The position numbers and the translations under genes are program-made. Below, piece after piece: positions 52,224-61,848 of a DNA stretch of 64,000 bases. This DNA is from an uncultured bacterium. Its GTDB lineage: Bacteria > Patescibacteriota > Minisyncoccia > UBA6257 > GWB1-50-10. The notes under the pieces were generated by a model. That model was not told the origin of the DNA. It worked only from the letters and a program-made list of their open reading frames with translations, and searched no databases. The stretch spans positions 1,268 through 65,267 of the forward strand of contig CAINEW010000022.1 in NCBI GenBank assembly GCA_903847915.1, written 5' to 3'. Position 1 is the first letter of the stretch. Each line of letters starts with the position of its first letter.

Positions 52224-52266
52224 TTTATCGTCCGTTTAGTGTATTAAAAAACAAGAAAAAAGTAAA

Positions 52267-52593
52267 TTAGTGCGAGAAAATAGATGTCGTGATCGCTTCA
52301 CGTGCCCATAGTGTAAGTGTTTCTCTATTTTCAATAATTTCTTCAGGGACTTCATAATAATTTTTTAACACCTGTCTTTTGCTCGGGGCAAAAGGTTGCA
52401 TATTGTATTGTTCAAATTTTTTCTTGGTAATTTCATCTGTTTTAAAATAGAGATGATTATTTGAAATGATAGCAAAGAAAGTAGCACCGGCATAAAATCC
52501 ATAACCAGAAAACATTTTTCGTGCCCGCACATTCTCCAATTCGTTTAATTGATCTAGTACAAAATCACAAAAAGAATCTTGATGTGTATGCAT
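52267..52593 (-). CDS. TfoX/Sxy N-terminal domain protein
   Basis: RARKMFSGYGFY...FAII...LYFKTD, YYEVPEEI. Confidence 0.88.
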   Translation of the reverse strand: MHTHQDSFCDFVLDQLNELENVRARKMFSGYGFYAGATFFAIISNNHLYFKTDEITKKKFEQYNMQPFAPSKRQVLKNYYEVPEEIIENRETLTLWAREAITTSIFSH

Positions 52594-52631
52594 TGTTAAA
52601 AGTTATTTATTTATAATCTTAAGTTGTTTTG

Positions 52632-52704
52632 TGTCCCCACTCCGAATTGAACGGAGATATGCAGCTTAGGAGTCTGCCGCTCTATCCATTTGAGCTATAG
52701 GGAC
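52632..52704 (-). tRNA. tRNA-Arg(CCT)
   Basis: GTCCCTA/TGGGGAC acceptor, loop CT CCT AA. Confidence 0.88.
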
Positions 52705-52720
52705 CCTATTACGTTTTACT

Positions 52721-53101
52721 ATGCCTCATATTGAGCTTTTCGTAAACATGAAGTATGATAAATCTGCCGTGAACGAACATTTCTTTGAGGGTCAGCGTCT
52801 TTCAGATAAAACGTGTAAAAAAATAGAACGAACCCTGCAACAGCTTCGTGAAGAATTGGGTAATGTAGAGTGGACAGACGTGCACGATCACGGGTCAAGT
52901 GTATTTACCGTCACGTTTACTGATAATGCAGGTACGCGGCATACGCTTGGGTTTACAAAAATAGGCGATAGTTTGCCTGTGGATGGGGGTTTTTATCCGA
53001 TTGAAGAAGTGGTAGAGGCGAGTGTTCGTTTTCCCGATAATCTCGAAGAAGGAATTAAAATAATCCACAAAACACACCAAGAAGAAAAAGAGGGCGTTTA
53101 G
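52721..53101 (+). CDS. hypothetical protein
   Basis: 126-aa ORF between tRNAs; its stop lies inside the 5' end of tRNA-Val(GAC). Confidence 0.5.
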   Translation: MPHIELFVNMKYDKSAVNEHFFEGQRLSDKTCKKIERTLQQLREELGNVEWTDVHDHGSSVFTVTFTDNAGTRHTLGFTKIGDSLPVDGGFYPIEEVVEASVRFPDNLEEGIKIIHKTHQEEKEGV

Positions 53102-53163
53102 TTTAGTGGTAAAACGTCACATTGACATTGTGAAGACCGCAGGTTCGATCCCTGCAACGCCCA
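53092..53163 (+). tRNA. tRNA-Val(GAC)
   Basis: GGGCGTT/AACGCCC, TCACA-TT GAC AT-TGTGA. Confidence 0.93.
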
Positions 53164-53173
53164 CACGAAACGC

Positions 53174-53244
53174 GGGCCTATAGTAAAATGGTATTACGCG
53201 TCCATGGCATGGATGAGGTCGGGGTCCGATTCCCCGTAGGTCCA
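53174..53244 (+). tRNA. tRNA-Ala(GGC)
   Basis: GGGCCTA/TAGGTCC with G3:U70, CGTCC-AT GGC AT-GGATG; atypical T-loop TCCGATT. Confidence 0.88.
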
Positions 53245-53259
53245 CCTACAAAGAAATAA

Positions 53260-53346
53260 GGAAGGTTGGCAGAGTGGTCTAATGCGCCGCACTCGAAATG
53301 CGGTTGGGGAGAAATCCCCTCGGAGGTTCAAATCCTCCACCTTCCG
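53260..53346 (+). tRNA. tRNA-Ser(CGA)
   Basis: GGAAGGT/ACCTTCC, CCGCA-CT CGA AA-TGCGG, long variable arm. Confidence 0.93.
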
Positions 53347-53348
53347 CA

Positions 53349-53528
53349 GGAGGATTTGAACAAGGAGTGGGGTCGGGAGAACACTTGATCTCCCGTGTCG
53401 GAAACCCGCCCGAACGTACCCCGCCAGAATGACTTGTCGGGCTGGCGTTCGGTACGGGCGGGCATTAAAACCGAAGGGTTTTAAAAAATATGCATTCGCA
53501 TATTTTGTTTAACTCCTCCACCTTCCGC
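53349..53528 (+). repeat. tRNA 3'-trailer element after tRNA-Ser(CGA)
   Basis: Antisense T-arm GGAGGATTTGAAC, core with nested palindrome 53405..53462, direct repeat 53507..53528. Confidence 0.85.
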
Positions 53529-53600
53529 CTTTGCTCGCTAGCGAGTTACAACGGACAAACCCACAAATAAAAACATCTCCTAGTGAGATGTTTTTATTTC

Positions 53601-54125
53601 TTATAATCCTTGATGACGGGATCGTTGAGTACGGTTTATAAGTTCATCGCGGATTAATTCTGCGTCTGATTGAGAAAGTCCAGGTAGTCTTCCTTCTGAC
53701 ATCGCCGCGTTAGGAGCACTATATCCTGCAGTTTGGATTTGTAAATCAGAGAGTCCTAATATGCGCGCGATGATACCACGATAAATATCCACATTTTGAA
53801 TACGATCGTAAGGAATAGTGACATAACGTTTCCAAATCACCCCTGATTCTTTTTTAAACCCTTGTTCAGTAAGTTCATAGCGATAATAGTGATAAGAAAG
53901 GCGCGCCCAACAATACGCTCCTCCCACGGTCAAAACAATCCAGAAGAAAAAGGAAGAACCAAGAAATCCAAAAATCCATGTAGGATCGCCTTGTGTATTC
54001 ATTGAGACAAAGAAAGTAACCGCTCCCATCGTAATAATAGAGCCTGCAAACCATGCAAAAATCGCAAAAAGAGGAAGAAGTTTAAGAGTAAAAAGCCACA
54101 CTGCTTTCGGATCAAGTTGTTTCAT
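53601..54125 (-). CDS. membrane protein with bacterial PH (bPH_2) domain
   Basis: Two TMs, then YELT...SGVI...IPYDRIQNVDIYRG...LGLSDLQIQTAG. Confidence 0.88.
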   Translation of the reverse strand: MKQLDPKAVWLFTLKLLPLFAIFAWFAGSIITMGAVTFFVSMNTQGDPTWIFGFLGSSFFFWIVLTVGGAYCWARLSYHYYRYELTEQGFKKESGVIWKRYVTIPYDRIQNVDIYRGIIARILGLSDLQIQTAGYSAPNAAMSEGRLPGLSQSDAELIRDELINRTQRSRHQGL

Positions 54126-54168
54126 AATGAATTTATTGTAATACACTAAAAGTTAAAAAATCAAATTA

Positions 54169-54241
54169 GTGCTCGGGGCGGGGATCGCCGCTCAAATTTA
54201 TTTGAGCGATCCTCGCCCATCTTTAATGGGCGGGAACCCGC
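54169..54241 (-). pseudogene. diverged tRNA-Leu 3'-end copy with hairpins inserted in its T-loop
   Basis: GCGGGTT-[two hairpins]-CGATCCCCGCCCCGAGCAC versus tRNA GTGGGTTCGACTCCCACTCCGAGCAC. Confidence 0.7.
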
Positions 54242-54479
54242 ATTGAAAATATGTTTTTAATTTTCTTCTTCCTGCGCCACTTTTCCAGTAACGCTCTCTT
54301 ATTTTTGCGGTTGCAAGATCAAAGCTCTCCTCAATAAAAAGAATAATAAATGGTCTTCGGTTACGGGTTGCATCAACCTTTCCATTCATATGTTCCTCGA
54401 ATCGAATATCAATGTTTTTGGCATATCCCACATACGTTCTTTTGTCCTTTATACTTTGTAAAATATAAACACAATACAT
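54198..54479 (-). CDS. small GIY-YIG nuclease (UPF0213-like)
   Basis: YCVYILQS...YVG....RF.EH..G...T...RP, RERYWKSGAGR; ATG overlaps the tRNA-Leu CCA. Confidence 0.9.
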   Translation of the reverse strand: MYCVYILQSIKDKRTYVGYAKNIDIRFEEHMNGKVDATRNRRPFIILFIEESFDLATAKIRERYWKSGAGRRKLKTYFQCGFPPIKDGRGSLK

Positions 54480-54565
54480 GGTGCTCGGAGTGGGAGTCGA
54501 ACCCACATGACCTTTATGGTCACAACATTTTAAGTGTTGCGCGTAAACCATTCCGCCATCCGAGC
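54479..54565 (-). tRNA. tRNA-Leu(TAA)
   Basis: GCTCGGA/TCCGAGC, CAACA-CT TAA AA-TGTTG, variable arm, CCA. Confidence 0.93.
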
Positions 54566-54575
54566 AAGGAACATG

Positions 54576-54647
<72 letters not shown>

Positions 54648-54688
54648 ATACTTCTTCCTCAATAATTCCTTTTATTGTTTTTTAAAAT

Positions 54689-55021
54689 CTACTCACTTAC
54701 AACCTCACTTATTTCGTCGCTTACCACTTCGTCTTTGTGATCATCAGCGACGAAGGCGATATGCGGAACGGGCTTAATGCGGAGTTTTTTGACAAGCATC
54801 TGTTGAAATCGTCCACGCGCATAGTGTAGCGCGCGTAACACCTCTAGTGTATTTGCTTCAGGAATGATACCAAGTTTTACTTTAGCATGCAATAAATCTT
54901 CATCTACCTGCACACTTGTAATAGTAACTAGTGTATCTTCCACAAAAAAGTCACGTGCAAGTATTTTGCCTAATTCGTGCTCAATCAAATCAGCAATTTT
55001 AAGATTACGAAAAGGACGCAT
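54689..55021 (-). CDS. rbfA: ribosome-binding factor A
   Basis: R..KIADLIEHEL, VTITSVQVDEDL..AKV, KPVPHIAFV.D; directly downstream of infB. Confidence 0.88.
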   Translation of the reverse strand: MRPFRNLKIADLIEHELGKILARDFFVEDTLVTITSVQVDEDLLHAKVKLGIIPEANTLEVLRALHYARGRFQQMLVKKLRIKPVPHIAFVADDHKDEVVSDEISEVVSE

Positions 55022-55026
55022 AAAAA

Positions 55027-56472
55027 TTAAGAGTTATTCAATTCAAATACAAGACGATAACCCACTTTAATCGGCTCTTCACTTTTCACTAACATTCCCG
55101 CTTCTTGATCTTTTTCTACTAAAGCGCTATCTGCGCGACCGACTTGAAGATTTAAAATAGATCCTTTTCCGATTAATTTTTTATCATCCCATATCTCAAA
55201 CGTTTCTTGGTTGTGAATAGGACCGCAGAGTACCTTGCCTCCCACAATGCGCTCATTTTGATTTTTCCCCTGACCAAACACCGCAAGGATTTCTAAGGTG
55301 CGTGCTTCGTGGGAAACTGTCTTTTTAAAATAAACTTCTAGTTCTTTTTGGAGGGTGTAAATAACCGCAGAGGTAAAAATCATCACCTTTTTCGCGTGTG
55401 CTAGGTTGCGCGCTGCGCTATCTTCTTTGGTGCGAAAACCAACAATTATCGCACCGGTGCTTTCTGCAAGTTTTACTTCGCTTTCGTGAATATTACCAAT
55501 ACTTTCTGCAACAATCACTAAGGGGTAAATTGCATCCATTGCGCGCACCAAAGTACTCAACACCTCAAGTGAGCCAGCTTCGTCTGCTTTCAAAATAATC
55601 ATTGTGCGTTTTGAAAGTTCTTCACGGGTAAATCGTGTCCGCGCAAGCGGGGGCACCACTTCTTCTTGAGGGAGCGTTGCTCGGATGGCTTGAAGATTAT
55701 TTCCTGCAACAAATGATTCTCCCACGCGCGGCGCCGTTTCAAATCCTAATAGAATGACAGGCGCACTAGGCAGAAGTGCGGACGCGGGTTTCCCTTCGTG
55801 ATTTTCCAATATTTTTATTCTTCCTGTAGCAGAGGGGGTGATAATAAAATCGCCTTGACGTGCTGTACCATTTTTCAAAATGCCTGTCGCAATAATACCT
55901 CGTTTTTGATCAATTGCAGAAGAGAGGATAATACCAGATGTAATAACATCAGGATCATATGAAAAATTTTCTACATCTGCTGTTAATTCTATAAGATCAA
56001 GGATCGCATCAACTCCCTCACCCGTTTTTGCAGAAATACCGTGCCATGAAATTGTACCTCCCCGCCCTTCAAGATAAATACCCGCCTTTGCACAATCATT
56101 TTTCACTTTTTCAAGATCAATGCCGGACTTATCAATTTTATTGATGGCGACAATATAAGGAATTTTCGTTTCTAAAATATAAGAAAGTGCATTAAGTGTT
56201 TGGGGTTGAATACCATCATCCGCCGCAATAACCAAAATCGCAATGTCTGCCGCCCGTGCTCCTCGCGCTCGCATAACTGCAAACGCTTCATGGCCGGGCG
56301 TATCAATAAACGTCATTTTTTTGTCGTGGTGAGTAATTTCATACGCGCCTACAGATTGCGTAATCCCACCTGCTTCTTTAGGGGCGGTGTTTGATTTACG
56401 AATAAAATCCAAAAGAGTTGTTTTGCCGTGATCTACATGACCCATCACGACGACAATCGGAGGTCTTTGCAT
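55027..56472 (-). CDS. infB: translation initiation factor IF-2 without N-terminal domain
   Basis: [39 protein letters not shown]. Confidence 0.96.
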   Translation of the reverse strand: MQRPPIVVVMGHVDHGKTTLLDFIRKSNTAPKEAGGITQSVGAYEITHHDKKMTFIDTPGHEAFAVMRARGARAADIAILVIAADDGIQPQTLNALSYILETKIPYIVAINKIDKSGIDLEKVKNDCAKAGIYLEGRGGTISWHGISAKTGEGVDAILDLIELTADVENFSYDPDVITSGIILSSAIDQKRGIIATGILKNGTARQGDFIITPSATGRIKILENHEGKPASALLPSAPVILLGFETAPRVGESFVAGNNLQAIRATLPQEEVVPPLARTRFTREELSKRTMIILKADEAGSLEVLSTLVRAMDAIYPLVIVAESIGNIHESEVKLAESTGAIIVGFRTKEDSAARNLAHAKKVMIFTSAVIYTLQKELEVYFKKTVSHEARTLEILAVFGQGKNQNERIVGGKVLCGPIHNQETFEIWDDKKLIGKGSILNLQVGRADSALVEKDQEAGMLVKSEEPIKVGYRLVFELNNS

Positions 56473-56638
56473 AGTGTGTAAAATCAACCATACCAGAAAA
56501 ATCGGCATTATACAAGGGAAAAATGAACTTGAGAAAAATAAAAAAATAAGGTACCATTGTTTTTATACCCAATTATTTGTCTTGGTTGGTGAAACAAGAG
56601 GTAAATAACTCCACACCAACTACGGCTATAGTTAGTGT

Positions 56639-56725
56639 GGAGGCGTGTCTGAGCGGTCTAAAGAAGCATCCTGCTAAGATGTTGATCGGGAAACCGGTCC
56701 GAAGGTTCGAATCCTTCCGCCTCCG
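56639..56725 (+). tRNA. tRNA-Ser(GCT)
   Basis: GGAGGCG/CGCCTCC, GCATC-CT GCT AA-GATGT, long variable arm. Confidence 0.93.
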
Positions 56726-56933
56726 CATAACAAAAAGGAACGACTTTATGTCGTCCTCTTTTTGTTATATGATGACGAAGGATTCGAACAAGAGAGGGGT
56801 CGGGAGAACATCTGGTCTCCCGTGTTGGAAATAGCCCAAAGGGCGTTTAGAAACCACGGGTTTCTAAGGAGCAAAGCGACGCTCGACTACCTTCCGCCTC
56901 CGCAATTCTTCGCTAAAGCTACGGAATTGCAAG
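56726..56933 (+). repeat. tRNA 3'-trailer element after tRNA-Ser(GCT)
   Basis: Near-colinear with 51937..52136; antisense T-arm 56777..56789, direct repeat to 56904. Confidence 0.85.
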
Positions 56934-57355
56934 ACGATTTAGTAAGGAAGTCCGGTGTAAAACACACGACCCTGACGAAAATCGAGGGAGATTTTATACA
57001 AAAGCCAAGTGTCCAAGTTATAGCGAAAATCGCTAAAGCGTTTCGTGAAGCAGCAAAATCCAATCAGAACTACAAATTAACGGTAAAAAATGGTGGGGTA
57101 TATGGCAGATCTAACAGTGGAGAGAGAATCCAAATTAATAATCTTGGTAAATGGCTTTTTGGAGTTTCTGGTTATAGGGGTCACGTGATCTATGGTCCTA
57201 TTTCAGCGACAGAATTTCGCGTCTATTATCCGGAAGGCGCACCAATTGAAGTTGTGAAGATGCTCGAAACTATTACTGGAGAAATGGTAAAGAGTAAATG
57301 TCTCTATTGGGGTAACACCGCCTACGAAGATCATTGGATGGCAACACAAATGTAG
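56930..57355 (+). pseudogene. 5'-truncated XRE-family HTH fragment fused to an unknown domain
   Basis: QDDLVRKSGVKHTTLTKIEGDFIQKPSVQVIAKIAKAF is an XRE HTH without its start; the upstream part of the ORF is the tRNA trailer. Confidence 0.6.
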
Positions 57356-57556
57356 GTCATCAAATTTATAAAAATCATATCATAAAGATATGATTTTTTT
57401 ATTTCTTTAGGAAGAACATCTTCTTTGTGGATAACTGCGGATCATTTGTGGCTGAAGGGGTTATAGAACACGCCGGTATGTGTCTAAGGATTTATTAAAC
57501 AAAATAGACAAATAATAGAAAAAACGCTAGAATAAACACCAGTGTTTTATGAATGC

Positions 57557-57628
57557 GCTCCCATAGTCTAACGGCTAGGACATCGCCCTTTCACGGCGGG
57601 GATAGGAGTTCGATTCTCCTTGGGAGTA
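57557..57628 (+). tRNA. tRNA-Glu(TTC)
   Basis: GCTCCCA/TGGGAGT, TCGCC-CT TTC AC-GGCGG. Confidence 0.93.
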
Positions 57629-57660
57629 CAAGATAATATAGTAGGTTGAAAAAATTAATA

Positions 57661-57852
57661 AAGGAGAATCGAACACGAGGAGGAGTCGGGAGGAAACGGG
57701 AGTGTCCTCCCGCGAAGGAGATCCCGCTCGTACCGAACGCCAGCCTGACAAATCATTCCGGGCGGGGTACGTTCGGGCGGGTATTCAGAACCGTGGGTTC
57801 TGAAGGAGTCCGCCCTGGGCGGACGACGTTCGCTTCTCCTTGGGAGTACAAG
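57661..57852 (+). repeat. tRNA 3'-trailer element after tRNA-Glu(TTC)
   Basis: Antisense T-arm AAGGAGAATCGAAC, core, nested palindromes, 24/25 direct repeat 57828..57852. Confidence 0.85.
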
Positions 57853-57941
57853 GAAGCTTATCACGAGTAACTGATAACAAATAACAGAAAATAGATAAAA
57901 TTGAAATAAAAAAACTTCACAATAAAGATGAAGTTTTTTGA

Positions 57942-58283
57942 TTATGGCTTTAAAAAAATATAACCGTAGTTTTGTTGTGCTATAGAATATTTTGAAAAAT
58001 TAAAAAAACCAGCTATATTTTTTGTTTCCTTATTGATCAGCGCAACACCCTTAAAACGATAGACGTGAAAAAAATCATCAGGCTGTATAGCACTGAAGTG
58101 TGTAATATAGATACACAGAGGACCATTGAGCATAATAGTAACTTTAAGCGCACCGGCAATTTTAACATCTTCATCGTGACCGTTATAAGGATAATGATTC
58201 GCTAAAAAAACAAAATGAGCGAGAGCTAATCTTTCTACAGGCGCGACTATTTCATACTTTTCTTCTAAAATTCTTTTTCTCAT
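57942..58283 (-). CDS. orphan hypothetical protein
   Basis: AT-rich ORF with upstream TTGACA and downstream terminator. Confidence 0.55.
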   Translation of the reverse strand: MRKRILEEKYEIVAPVERLALAHFVFLANHYPYNGHDEDVKIAGALKVTIMLNGPLCIYITHFSAIQPDDFFHVYRFKGVALINKETKNIAGFFNFSKYSIAQQNYGYIFLKP

Positions 58284-58408
58284 GTTTTATTTGTTAATGA
58301 ACAAATAAACATTAACAGAATAATATTAATATGTCAAATATTTACGATGAAGTAACACAAAACACAACAAATGATTTTTAAGTCATTTTTTGATATGATG
58401 AAGTAACT

Positions 58409-58876
58409 ATGGAAAACGAGAAAAAAATTGTGTGGCGGGCAGCAGAACGGGAACATCACGATCACACGCGCGAATGGTATCTTATTTTTGGAGGTATTGC
58501 AGTAGTGTTGTTGGTTGTGAGCATTTTTCAGAAAAACTTTTTCTTTGGAGTATTTGTGGTAATAGGCGTATTTACTCTTTTGATGTTTCATAAAGAAATT
58601 CCTCATATACGCGAATATGCACTCGGAAAAGAAATAATAACCATTGACGCAATAACGTATCATTACGAAGATTTTACGCGCTTTGCAGTGCGTGAACGGA
58701 AAGACACGCTTGATGAAATTGTGCTTTATCATGTGTCAAAAATAAATCCTCCATTGCGTTTGCCGATTGACCACGTCCTTGCTGAAAAAGTGCGCGCGGC
58801 ACTCAAAGAAAAATTAGAAGAAATAGAATACGACGAATCACTAACGGATGTAATGAAAGATATTTTCAAACTCTAA
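58409..58876 (+). CDS. two-TM hypothetical protein of a type common in CPR
   Basis: W.A.E..H......WY, two TMs, C-terminal E.EY.ESL.D. Confidence 0.75.
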   Translation: MENEKKIVWRAAEREHHDHTREWYLIFGGIAVVLLVVSIFQKNFFFGVFVVIGVFTLLMFHKEIPHIREYALGKEIITIDAITYHYEDFTRFAVRERKDTLDEIVLYHVSKINPPLRLPIDHVLAEKVRAALKEKLEEIEYDESLTDVMKDIFKL

Positions 58877-58998
58877 AAATTGCGAAATCGGATTATTTGA
58901 GATATAGTATAAGAGAATTTAATTATTCATTTCGGAAGGATAAGTTTTTAAATAAAAGCGAAAGAGGGCTGTGCCCTTCGTAGCTTGAGCGAAGAAGG

Positions 58999-59070
58999 GC
59001 CCTTGTCGTTCAAAGGATAGGACGCGAGATTGCGGATCTCGTAATAGAGGTTCGATTCCTCTCGAGGGCA
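58999..59070 (+). tRNA. tRNA-Arg(GCG)
   Basis: GCCCTTG/CGAGGGC, CGAGA-TT GCG GA-TCTCG. Confidence 0.9.
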
Positions 59071-59116
59071 CATAATAACTAGAAACAAATAACTACTAAC
59101 TTATAACTATTAAGAA

Positions 59117-59434
59117 ATGGATAATGTAAAACTTGTTATATTTGTGCCACTCACGCACACCGATATAGTACGCAAAACACTTGGAGAAGCGGGCGCAGGG
59201 AAAATAGGAAATTATGATTTTTGTTCTTTTTCTTCTCGGGGCATAGGACGTTTTCGTGGAAATGAAAAAGCGCATCCCGCGATTGGAGAGGCGGAAAATT
59301 ATGAAGCTATTGAAGAAGAAAGAGTTGAAGTGGTGGTACCACGATCAATACTAAAAGAAGTTATTGAAAAAGTAAAAGCAGTACATCCTTATGAGGAAGT
59401 TGCTTTTGATGTGTATCCATTGGAAAATTACTAA
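59117..59434 (+). CDS. stand-alone YqfO/Nif3 middle (PII/CutA-like) domain protein
   Basis: KLVIFVP, AGAGKIGNYDFCSF, HPYEEVAFDVYPL. Confidence 0.9.
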   Translation: MDNVKLVIFVPLTHTDIVRKTLGEAGAGKIGNYDFCSFSSRGIGRFRGNEKAHPAIGEAENYEAIEEERVEVVVPRSILKEVIEKVKAVHPYEEVAFDVYPLENY

Positions 59435-59455
59435 ACAATACGTTATAGTAAAACC

Positions 59456-59632
59456 ATGAAAGGGGAGTGGAAATATGTGTATTTAATAGGGCTTGTGGTC
59501 ATATTAGGAGTAGTGTACCTCCTCCTTCGTGCGGTCGCGCCAAAAAATAGTACTACACCCTCCTTATTTAAGGGACCGGAAGGGACGCCGTTTGTGAAAG
59601 GCCCCACGGAGCCACCGCCAGCGGAACAATAG
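59456..59632 (+). CDS. small membrane protein (58 aa, Pro-rich tail)
   Basis: MKGEWKYVYLIGLVVILGVVYLLLR...FKGPEGTPFVKGPTEPPPAEQ; TATAGT -10 just upstream. Confidence 0.6.
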   Translation: MKGEWKYVYLIGLVVILGVVYLLLRAVAPKNSTTPSLFKGPEGTPFVKGPTEPPPAEQ

Positions 59633-59638
59633 TAAAAT

Positions 59639-59712
59639 GCGAGATTAGTATAGTGGTAGTACGTAACATTGCCAATGTTAAGGCACCGGTTCGATCCCGG
59701 TATCCCGCACCA
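59639..59712 (+). tRNA. tRNA-Gly(GCC)
   Basis: TAACA-TT GCC AA-TGTTA, T-arm ACCGGTTCGATCCCGGT, CCA. Confidence 0.9.
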
Positions 59713-59730
59713 AAATAAAAAATCGAAAAA

Positions 59731-59777
59731 GGAAAGTTCCCTGCCCGACGGCAGGCGGGGATTCTCCTTACCCGCAC
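59731..59777 (+). pseudogene. tRNA-Gly-like 3'-end fragment with a 20-bp palindrome in the T-loop
   Basis: GGAAAGTTC-[CCTGCCCGACGGCAGGCGGG]-GATTCTCCTTACCCGCAC. Confidence 0.6.
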
Positions 59778-59820
59778 AGATAAAAAGATATGACACAAGG
59801 TCATATCTTTTTATTTTATG

Positions 59821-60981
59821 CTATATAATTTTCCAAAAACGTTTCTTGCCAATTTTAAGAACCTCGCCACCTTTGAGTGATAACAATTCGGTCACATCAG
59901 TTTTTAACACTTCATTAATTTCCACGGCGCGTTGATCGATAAGCCGTCGCGCATCACTCTTACTTCCTTCGGTGGCACTACACACCAAATCAAGAAGAGT
60001 AATTAATTGTCCGCGATGATGCAAAAGAGGCATCTCTTGAGGCGTCTGTTTTTTTGAGAACACGCGCACAAATTCTTCTCGAGCTTCAAGCGCTTTTTTT
60101 TCTCCATGATACAGAGCGGTGATGGTTTCTGCGAGAAGCATTTTAGATTCATAAGGGCCAAAGTTTTCCGGAGCATCAAGAAAGGTAAGAAGCGTAAAAT
60201 ATTTCGGGACGAGTGAATCGGGGATGGACATTATTTTTCCAAACATAATTTCAGGTGCTTCGGTGAGCCCTACATAATTTCCAATACTCTTACTCATTTT
60301 CTTCACTCCATCAAGTCCCTCTATAATCGGCACAGTGAGCACGTCTTGTTCAGACATATTAAATGCGCGCTGAACACGGCGTCCCATAAGCATATTAAAT
60401 GTCTGATCAGTGCCTCCTAGCTCCACATCCGCGCGTATCGCAACCGAATCATACCCTTGAAGCAAGGGATAGAGCAGTTCAAGAAGAGCAATATCCGTGC
60501 CGGCACCAAGACGTTTTTCAAAATCATCACGTTTGAGCACTTGTTGCACGGTTGCGGTTTGCGCAAGCATAAGGAGTGCCGAAAGCCCCTTTTTCTCATG
60601 CCATTCGCTATTATGATGCACTTCTGTTTTTTTAACATCAATGATTTTTGACGCCTGTTTCAAGTATGTTTTTTCATTCTGTTTTACTTCTTGTACGGTG
60701 AGTGTTTTACGTGTTTCAGTACGCCCCGAAGGATCACCAATTCGGGCGGTAAAGTCGCCAATAATAAGAACGATTTTATGGCCCAAATCCTGAAACTGAC
60801 GAAGTTTACGGAGCACAACCGTATGTCCCAAATGAATATCGGGAGAGGTCGGATCAATGCCAAATTTCACGCGCAGTTTTTTACCGCTCCGAAGTGCTGA
60901 TTCAAGATGCTCGCGCACAATAACATCTTCAACTCCACGCGTAAGCACGCTCATAATTTTCTGCTCGTCTAATTTCTTCAT
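59821..60981 (-). CDS. tyrS: tyrosine--tRNA ligase
   Basis: GIDPTSPDIHLGH, YPLLQGYDS, GGTDQ, KMSKS, S4 domain. Confidence 0.97.
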   Translation of the reverse strand: MKKLDEQKIMSVLTRGVEDVIVREHLESALRSGKKLRVKFGIDPTSPDIHLGHTVVLRKLRQFQDLGHKIVLIIGDFTARIGDPSGRTETRKTLTVQEVKQNEKTYLKQASKIIDVKKTEVHHNSEWHEKKGLSALLMLAQTATVQQVLKRDDFEKRLGAGTDIALLELLYPLLQGYDSVAIRADVELGGTDQTFNMLMGRRVQRAFNMSEQDVLTVPIIEGLDGVKKMSKSIGNYVGLTEAPEIMFGKIMSIPDSLVPKYFTLLTFLDAPENFGPYESKMLLAETITALYHGEKKALEAREEFVRVFSKKQTPQEMPLLHHRGQLITLLDLVCSATEGSKSDARRLIDQRAVEINEVLKTDVTELLSLKGGEVLKIGKKRFWKII

Positions 60982-61123
60982 AAACCTATCTTACCACGAG
61001 TAACTAAAATGCAAAATCACAAGAATTCAATTTTCCTTGACTCTTATAAAAGAGAGGAGTATAACAATATCAGTAATTCGGCAATTATTTATTCACAATT
61101 TAACAAAAAAGAAAGGGATTCAT

Positions 61124-61777
61124 ATGCAAATCCAATTTGATGCATATATTACACAACGTCTTTTTGCTCGATCATTTCAGGAAATATTTCTTCTTCTTGA
61201 ACATTATGAAGTGGATCAAGAAGAAGTAATAAAAATAATGCAAAAAAAATTATGGAAAGATTTTGTATGGAATATAGACCTATTTCGCATTATAGACGAA
61301 ATAGGATTCAGCAAAATCAACAAAGCATTGTCATCAAAATCTCCTCCATTACTCAAAAGGTTAATTGATCACAATTGGGAAAGGGGATTTTATCCTCATA
61401 ACGATTCAGGGAACCATTCGGGCGTTCAAGAAGTATTAAAAGTGTGGTATCCGGAACGCAAGAACATGGACGCAAAAGAATTTGCAGAGAGAATTGTTTC
61501 GGTGTTTCTTGTCGAGGCACTTCTTATGGTGAGTGATGGTATTGATCGTTACGAAATTGACAAAACAATGGCGGCATTGTCATTTCCTTGTGGTGGACCA
61601 CTCCATACTATTGATTACATTACACCGCAGGTGTTAATGAATAATATGATTAATTGGTATGGGAAAAAGGATCCAGATCCGAAAAAAAGGGATATGATCA
61701 TGATAGCTCCGGAGTATTGTCCCAGTCTTTTGCAGCGATATGGGCATCCCTCTTCGGGTCCCATATTCGGTATGTAA
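61124..61777 (+). CDS. orphan protein resembling tandem 3-hydroxyacyl-CoA dehydrogenase C-terminal domains
   Basis: ATG after GAAAGGGA SD; FAERIV..FLVEAL.MV.DG....EIDK.M...FPCGGPL..ID. Confidence 0.6.
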   Translation: MQIQFDAYITQRLFARSFQEIFLLLEHYEVDQEEVIKIMQKKLWKDFVWNIDLFRIIDEIGFSKINKALSSKSPPLLKRLIDHNWERGFYPHNDSGNHSGVQEVLKVWYPERKNMDAKEFAERIVSVFLVEALLMVSDGIDRYEIDKTMAALSFPCGGPLHTIDYITPQVLMNNMINWYGKKDPDPKKRDMIMIAPEYCPSLLQRYGHPSSGPIFGM

Positions 61778-61848
61778 AAAAGAAAAAACAGCTCGTGATG
61801 GGCTGTTTTTATATTGTGATGATATCTTACGATTGTGAGATATAATAG

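Noticed and set aside
56762-56929. N-terminal part of the 197-aa ORF, and ORFs 57646..57870, 51808..52068 and 51938..52270
   Set aside because: These are translations of tRNA genes or trailer repeats, not credible proteins.
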